Positions 58,916-64,000 of a stretch of DNA of 64,000 nt are shown here, one piece after another. Each line of letters starts with the position of its first letter. Positions within the stretch are counted from its first letter, which is position 1. The translations under genes and the position numbers were made by a program. Under the pieces are notes generated by a model. It saw nothing but the letters and a program-made list of their open reading frames with translations. It ran no database searches and was not told the origin of the DNA. The stretch is from Limnothrix sp. BL-A-16 (GTDB lineage Bacteria; Cyanobacteriota; Cyanobacteriia; CACIAM-69d): NCBI GenBank assembly GCA_041937175.2, contig CP166615.1, positions 576,001 to 640,000 on the forward strand, in the 5' to 3' direction.

Positions 58916-59479
58916 ATGACCGCGAAAGTATTGGTTGAGAAGAAAAAGCTCAAGAATCCGCCCCTTGAAATCCACACCCTGGGCGATCGGGTGCTGCGTC
59001 GTCCGGCCAAGCGCGTGGCCAAAGTGGATGCTGAAGTGCGCAAAATCGCTGAAGACATGTTGAAAACCATGTACAGCGCTGACGGCATCGGCCTTGCGGC
59101 TCCCCAAGTGGCGATCGACAAGCAAATTATTGTGATTGACATCGAGCCAGACAAGGCCGATGTGGAACCCCTTATTTTGATCAACCCCGTGGTGAAGTCC
59201 GCAGGCGGCCCCCTGGAATGCGACCAAGAAGGTTGCCTCAGCATCCCGGGAGTCTATTTGGATGTGGAACGCCCCACCCAAATTGAAGTGGCCTACAAAG
59301 ACGAAACGGGCCGCCCCCGCACCCTCAAGGCCGATGGGCTGTTGGCCCGCGCCATCCAGCACGAAATGGATCACCTGAATGGGGTGATGTTTGTCGATCG
59401 GGTCGAAAACGAGCTGGCCTTGACCACCGCCCTCAAGGAAAAAGGCTTTGTCTATGGCGATGTGCGTCCTGTGCGCTAA
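58916..59479 (+). CDS. def: Peptide deformylase
   Basis: GIGLAAPQV, EGCLSIP, QHEMDHLNG. Confidence 0.96.
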   Translation: MTAKVLVEKKKLKNPPLEIHTLGDRVLRRPAKRVAKVDAEVRKIAEDMLKTMYSADGIGLAAPQVAIDKQIIVIDIEPDKADVEPLILINPVVKSAGGPLECDQEGCLSIPGVYLDVERPTQIEVAYKDETGRPRTLKADGLLARAIQHEMDHLNGVMFVDRVENELALTTALKEKGFVYGDVRPVR

Positions 59480-59513
59480 TGCTCGGGAGCCGCGCCAACC
59501 GATTTCACACCAT

Positions 59514-59550
59514 GGCCTAGTCGAGCAACTTCGGTTGCTGGGCTAGGGCC
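59514..59550 (+). other. Stable hairpin with a C-UUCG-G tetraloop downstream of def
   Basis: ggcctag..agcaac-ttcg-gttgct..ctagggcc. Confidence 0.55.
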
Positions 59551-59590
59551 GGAATCCCCAGACCTTCAGGCTGGAGAAGATATCAGCAAG

Positions 59591-59641
59591 GCAATTTCAA
59601 GAAAGCGATTTCAAGAAAGCGATTTCAAGAAAGCAATTTCA
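59591..59641. repeat. 14-bp tandem repeat (gc(a/g)atttcaagaaa), about 3.5 copies
   Basis: Directly visible. Confidence 0.85.
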
Positions 59642-59693
59642 GGTTAATTCAGACCAAGATTTTTCAGCAAAAATTCGGAGCAAATCAAAACCC

Positions 59694-59888
59694 ATGCTGA
59701 CTCCTAAGAGTGGCTTATTTTTGGCGATCGCCTGCGTTGCCGCGATCGCGGCGGTGGGCTGTGTGTTTGAACTCACGTCCGGCGAGCCAGAGTTGGGAAC
59801 CGTCACCACGGGGACGATTCTGGGTCTGAGCATTCCCGTCACGATCGCCAGTTTCTTTGGGGCCATCAAAAACGCCCAACAGGATTAG
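59694..59888 (+). CDS. Small two-TM membrane protein
   Basis: 64 aa; AIAAVGCVFEL..G.P.LG; two hydrophobic helices. Confidence 0.65.
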   Translation: MLTPKSGLFLAIACVAAIAAVGCVFELTSGEPELGTVTTGTILGLSIPVTIASFFGAIKNAQQD

Positions 59889-59921
59889 GGCTAGCCGCCT
59901 AATCGCCCGCAACCCTAGCTC

Positions 59922-60659
59922 CTAGGAGCCAGCTCTCGGCAGGCTGCCTTCGCGCGGGACGATTGTTTTGGTAGCCCGGTTCGTTTTCGCAATGATGTAG
60001 TCGATCGCTCCGGCCAAATTCGGGGCGATCGCGTCGGGTTCGTATCCTTCCAGGCGATCCCGATCGCGAATTCCGCTGAGTACACCCACGATCGGGATTT
60101 GAGCCGATCGAGCCGCCGCAATATCCGCTTCCGTATCTCCCACCATCCAGGTCAGGGCTGCGGGTGGCAGCTCGACCATGGCTTTGGCCATGAGCTTGGG
60201 CTTATCTTCCACGTCGCGGGTTTTCACATAATCATTTGGTAGGCAATAGCGGCGATCGGGCGTAAAGAACCGAGCCAAGCCACACCGCTCCAGGGCTTCA
60301 TCCAATTCCCGCACCCGGCGCATCGTCATCACCACCAGTTCCCAGCCCATGTCTTGGGCCCGCTCCAGCGCTTGGATTGCACCGGGAACCGGTTGATCCA
60401 GCGGCATATATTCCATGCGGTGAACTGTGTCCCGCCGCAGTTGGGCAAATTGATCCGCCTGGGTTCCATCCAAGCCCGATCGCAGCCCAATTTCAGCCTC
60501 TTTGACTTGGGCCCGTTTCAGGTTCCAAAATTCCTGCTTGGACAAACGGTGGATTTCCTGACCCGATCGAGCAATTTCCCGCAAACAGTATTGATAGACC
60601 TGGTAATACCGTTCTGAAACATCCGCGATCGGGCCGTCGAAATCCGTAATTAGTCTCAT
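59922..60659 (-). CDS. HAD family hydrolase
   Basis: DFDG motif I; TMR; K; WMVGDTEADI. Confidence 0.88.
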   Translation of the reverse strand: MRLITDFDGPIADVSERYYQVYQYCLREIARSGQEIHRLSKQEFWNLKRAQVKEAEIGLRSGLDGTQADQFAQLRRDTVHRMEYMPLDQPVPGAIQALERAQDMGWELVVMTMRRVRELDEALERCGLARFFTPDRRYCLPNDYVKTRDVEDKPKLMAKAMVELPPAALTWMVGDTEADIAAARSAQIPIVGVLSGIRDRDRLEGYEPDAIAPNLAGAIDYIIAKTNRATKTIVPREGSLPRAGS

Positions 60660-61833
60660 ATGTCACCAGTTGCCTAACCATGGACAAGCGAATTTCGCAA
60701 TTAGTTTGCAAACTGATTGCCTTGGCTCGCCCTTAGGTTTGTTAAGAGTTGTAATGAAATCTATCTAATGACAATTCACCCCGTTCGTCAATTGAAAGGG
60801 TCGTTATAATCACCGATCGTTCATCGAAATATGCAATGACTTGATCCAAGATTGCTTATTTTCATTCTCAATAACCCTAATTTTTAAGCAGTTCCCGACA
60901 GCATTTCTGGGCCCTGGACTGGCGCTGATTCCCGATCGTCGCTGCCGATCATCACTGCAATCACTTGCAGCCATCCCCCATTGCCCTAACTCAGCGGCAC
61001 GGTCGGCGACGGTCATGCATGGTCCAAAGTCACAATCATCATTCATCACTAAAATTCATATCGAGTTCGAGTTATCAAAACCGGTTAAAAATTTGGCACA
61101 AGTTCGCGCTCAATGAAGCGGCAATTTGGCAGTAATTCCCCCGAAGTTTAGTGCTGATTTGCCCAAGTACACCTGTTGAGCCAGTCATGAGCGGTCGAAT
61201 ATTGCGAGTTTGGCCATGATCGATCGGGGGGCTGCTCCTACGACGTGATCCCCTGAATTGGCGGCTCAGCCCCGATCGGGCGGCCGATGGTCGTTTGAGC
61301 CATGGCAGGGACTGTTACGAAACATTTCAGAAATAATGCTAATATGAAGTTGCCCTTAACAAGTTCCAGGGCAACCCCCCAAAAGTCACGCTTTTAGACC
61401 CCCACTTCACCAAGTCTTTACGCAAAAACGGCAAATTTTATACGTTTCTTTAACTGGGTCTGGCTTAGACTTTTTAAGCTGAAATCGAGGCAAGGGGAGT
61501 GTATCTTGCAATGAGCCTTGAAGTATGGCCTGCTCTCACGTCAAATCTCGATCGCACGAAGCGAAATTACCCCAAAGCCTCATCGGTTTTCGCAACAAAT
61601 CGGTTGTTTTTGTGCCCAGTCAAACAGGATCTTGGTTTGCAGCTTGTCCGCTGTACCTGTTGAGACATCACCTGAGTCTCTGAAGCATTGCTCAACCTGA
61701 CTTGAACGGTTTTTCCAAAACAGCTATCCCCATTCATCAATTTTGGTCGGTAGCTGCGGCATCCAAACTCGGCGTGCCCCCTCTGCAATCACGACGCTTC
61801 AGCGTCATTTGTTAGCTTTCTTCAACTTCCCAG

Positions 61834-62094
61834 ATGTTCCAACTTCTCCAATTCCTTCGTGACAGCATCGATCGCATTGAAATCCGCGATCGGGAAATGG
61901 CCCTTTTGATCTATCGCCTCATCCCCAGCCAATGCCCCTTCGCTCGGGATGTAAAGTTGTTTGGGCGCTTGTTGTTTCGGATTCCGCCCCTGTGCAAGCT
62001 GAATCCGCTCTATGAACAGTTGATGGGCCTGCGATTCCGCGCCACCTGCTATTTGGTTGACCAATGCGGCATGGATCTGCTGGCTTTGGGTTAA
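61834..62094 (+). CDS. Mo-dependent nitrogenase C-terminal domain family protein
   Basis: LIPSQCPFARD....G..LFRIPPLCKLNPLYEQL..LRFRA..YL. Confidence 0.85.
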   Translation: MFQLLQFLRDSIDRIEIRDREMALLIYRLIPSQCPFARDVKLFGRLLFRIPPLCKLNPLYEQLMGLRFRATCYLVDQCGMDLLALG

Positions 62095-62101
62095 ACAACC
62101 A

Positions 62102-62803
62102 TCAAAGCCACAACCGATCGCCCAACAGGGCCATCACGCTGCTCGCAATGGGCACGGTGAGGTTGTCGATTCCCCACTTGGAGAAGGCTTCCAACCCCGC
62201 TGCCACCCCGGCAATTCCCAGGGCGATCGCCCCAGCCGGCCAACTGAACCCTTGAGTACTAAACAAAATACTGGCGGCCACCAGAAAGCTAACGATGGCC
62301 ATGGTGGCACTACCTTCCCAACTTTTGGTGATGCCGCCTAATTGATATGGGTGGCGGCCAAACCGCTGCCCCACCAAGGCCGCCAACCCATCACCCCAGG
62401 CCATGACCAAAATGCCCAGCGCTGCATATTGGGGGCGATCGGCTGGCCAGCAAAGGGCAATGACAAGACCAATGCTGACGGCATAAAACAGCGTGCCCAA
62501 ACTCCGGCGACCCACGCCGTTCACGCTGGGAAGCAGGGGCAGGTGATAGGACAACCAGGCCCCCAAGGCGGCCAACAGAGAAGCCGTGATCCCCACCCAG
62601 GCAGGAATTTGCAACCACCAGGCCAAGAGCAACACATGGCCGGTGCTGATATGAACCACTTTGCGCCCCACTTCGGGCCCCGCAACTTGGCGGCGATAGA
62701 GCCATTCGGCGGTGAAGATGGTGGCTCCCAACCAGGCGGCCACTAGGGCGATCGACCCCAGCAAAGAGGGTGTGAGGTTGAGGTGAGGATCAAGGAAAGA
62801 CAT
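62102..62803 (-). CDS. Phytol/polyprenol kinase family (VTE5-like) membrane protein
   Basis: RKVVHI; R.SLGT.FY; MAWGDGLAALVG..FG; KSWEGS; GIDNLTVP. Confidence 0.85.
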   Translation of the reverse strand: MSFLDPHLNLTPSLLGSIALVAAWLGATIFTAEWLYRRQVAGPEVGRKVVHISTGHVLLLAWWLQIPAWVGITASLLAALGAWLSYHLPLLPSVNGVGRRSLGTLFYAVSIGLVIALCWPADRPQYAALGILVMAWGDGLAALVGQRFGRHPYQLGGITKSWEGSATMAIVSFLVAASILFSTQGFSWPAGAIALGIAGVAAGLEAFSKWGIDNLTVPIASSVMALLGDRLWL

Positions 62804-62920
62804 GGGAGTTGCAACGCAGCCGAACCCGATCCACTCTAGCCTGGATTGCGGCGCTCCCGAGTTCCCAGACTGGGGGCTACCAATTTGGCGGCCGCCCGGT
62901 CAGCTTCGTTCACCATCCAA

Positions 62921-63925
62921 TTAGCGGCGACGGCCACTACTGCCAAAACCACTGCGCCGACTGGAAGATCCCGAGCTACGCGATCGCTCCCGCGAGGAAG
63001 AACCGGACGATCGAAAGGTGCTGCTACCAAAGCCGGCCCCGGTCGATCGGCTGCGATCACGGCTTGGGGAACGAGTGGCGCTGGACGGTGTGGCGGTTGT
63101 GGTGGAGTCAGGGGCTGCGCTGGGCGTTGCGGCCGGAGATGAACCACTGGTGCTGGAGCCAAAGCCACTCGATCGGGAAGTGGGGCTGGGGCTAGGGCTG
63201 CGGGTTGGGCTGTTTGCTGGCGAAGGTCGCAAATTCTGGGTGGTGCGGAAGTTGCGATTTTGCACAGGCGCTGGAGGAGCGTTGTAGCGCTGTTGATATT
63301 GGCCGGCGGCCTGTTCATAGGTTCCGCCATAGCCCCCAAATCCCGTCAGTACCGATCCCGATCGATAGGGCGGCGGCACGTAATAGTAGGGCTGATAAAA
63401 ATCCAGGTCAATTTCCAACTCCCCACCGCGCTGCATCGGTTGCCAGTAGGTGGGTTGCACTCCCGCCTGTTGCACTTGGGTCGGTTCACCGCTCAACATT
63501 TCAATCTTGAAAGTCGGCAACAGATGCAACACCGGAGAACTCGTGGGGCTGCTGACGGCCAGATAGCTGGTTTTGCCCGCTTTGGCTTCCGCTTCCGGAA
63601 TCTGAGCCATTTGCAAGTTGCTGACTCGGTAGGGACTCATACCCGGCGGCGCATTCAGCAACATGAGGGTATATTCCCCGGTGCTGTTGTTGTAGCTGGC
63701 CTGTTGCACGGGATAGTTACCCGCCACCACGGGCGCAGCGGCCCTTTGGCTGACGGTGCCATTGTTCGTCGGGCTGTTGGCCTTGTTGGCGGAACCGCCG
63801 CAGGCCGCCAAGCCACCCCCCAGGGCGATCGCCAGGGTTAATGCGGTGACTCTGCTGAGGGCTAGATATCGAGATCGAGACCACACAGAACCTAACGAGT
63901 CTACCCACAGTGAATGAGAAGCCAT
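62921..63925 (-). CDS. Putative lipoprotein with a Ser/Arg/Gly-rich tail
   Basis: Lipobox LAAC; YPVQQA.Y; YYYVPP.Y; GFG motifs; low-complexity C-terminus. Confidence 0.65.
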   Translation of the reverse strand: MASHSLWVDSLGSVWSRSRYLALSRVTALTLAIALGGGLAACGGSANKANSPTNNGTVSQRAAAPVVAGNYPVQQASYNNSTGEYTLMLLNAPPGMSPYRVSNLQMAQIPEAEAKAGKTSYLAVSSPTSSPVLHLLPTFKIEMLSGEPTQVQQAGVQPTYWQPMQRGGELEIDLDFYQPYYYVPPPYRSGSVLTGFGGYGGTYEQAAGQYQQRYNAPPAPVQNRNFRTTQNLRPSPANSPTRSPSPSPTSRSSGFGSSTSGSSPAATPSAAPDSTTTATPSSATRSPSRDRSRSTGAGFGSSTFRSSGSSSRERSRSSGSSSRRSGFGSSGRRR

Positions 63926-64000
63926 GGCAGCTACAGGATTTCAGAGAGATTGAGAAGGTTATGGATCAATCCCCATGACTCTACAAAACTTGCGGGATGG

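Noticed and set aside
60750..60766. NtcA-like site GTA-N8-TAT
   Set aside because: Mismatch to GTA-N8-TAC and no supporting context
61834..62094. Evidence of nitrogen fixation
   Set aside because: The family name is historical; there are no nif genes in the window
43430..62803. VTE5-like and VTE6-like genes as a phytol-salvage cluster
   Set aside because: About 18 kb apart with unrelated genes between them
1..64000. Very frequent GCGATCGC octamers
   Set aside because: Well-known cyanobacterial HIP1; useful only for taxonomic context

Overview
This is a 64-kb cyanobacterial chromosome segment. The psbA gene, cyanobacteria-typical gene families and very frequent HIP1 octamers (GCGATCGC) support this assignment; a filamentous Limnothrix-like host is a guess. 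Most of the window is housekeeping: two-component and c-di-GMP signalling, cobT, ssb, recF, cbiT, a Gld-type ABC transporter, purU, folK, coaX, pheS, anmK, def and a phytol kinase-like gene. Four accessory features stand out. (1) A putative immunity island at about 29.5-34.6 kb. A small helical effector-like protein ends in a 20-aa motif (ENWKGINVKGGQNTISGNTF) that recurs at the N-terminus of a downstream NB-ARC/TPR (NLR-like) protein (ENWQGLNIKGGTNDIHDNAF, 12/20 identical). This is the architecture of NLR amyloid signalling. The NLR carries two further candidate amyloid motifs, and DUF29, toxin-antitoxin-like and xisH/xisI genes surround it. (2) A type I-C-like CRISPR-Cas locus ordered cas5-cas8c-cas7-leader-array (27 repeats)-cas3. 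It has no cas1/cas2/cas4 nearby, and the cas3 ATG lies only 10 nt after a perfect terminal repeat. (3) A low-oxygen-type D1' psbA next to a delta-9 desaturase. (4) A family of nested MITEs that carry the palindrome CAAGGGGCTTAAGCCCCTTG and also insert into it. All functional calls come from motif recognition by eye; no database searches were run.
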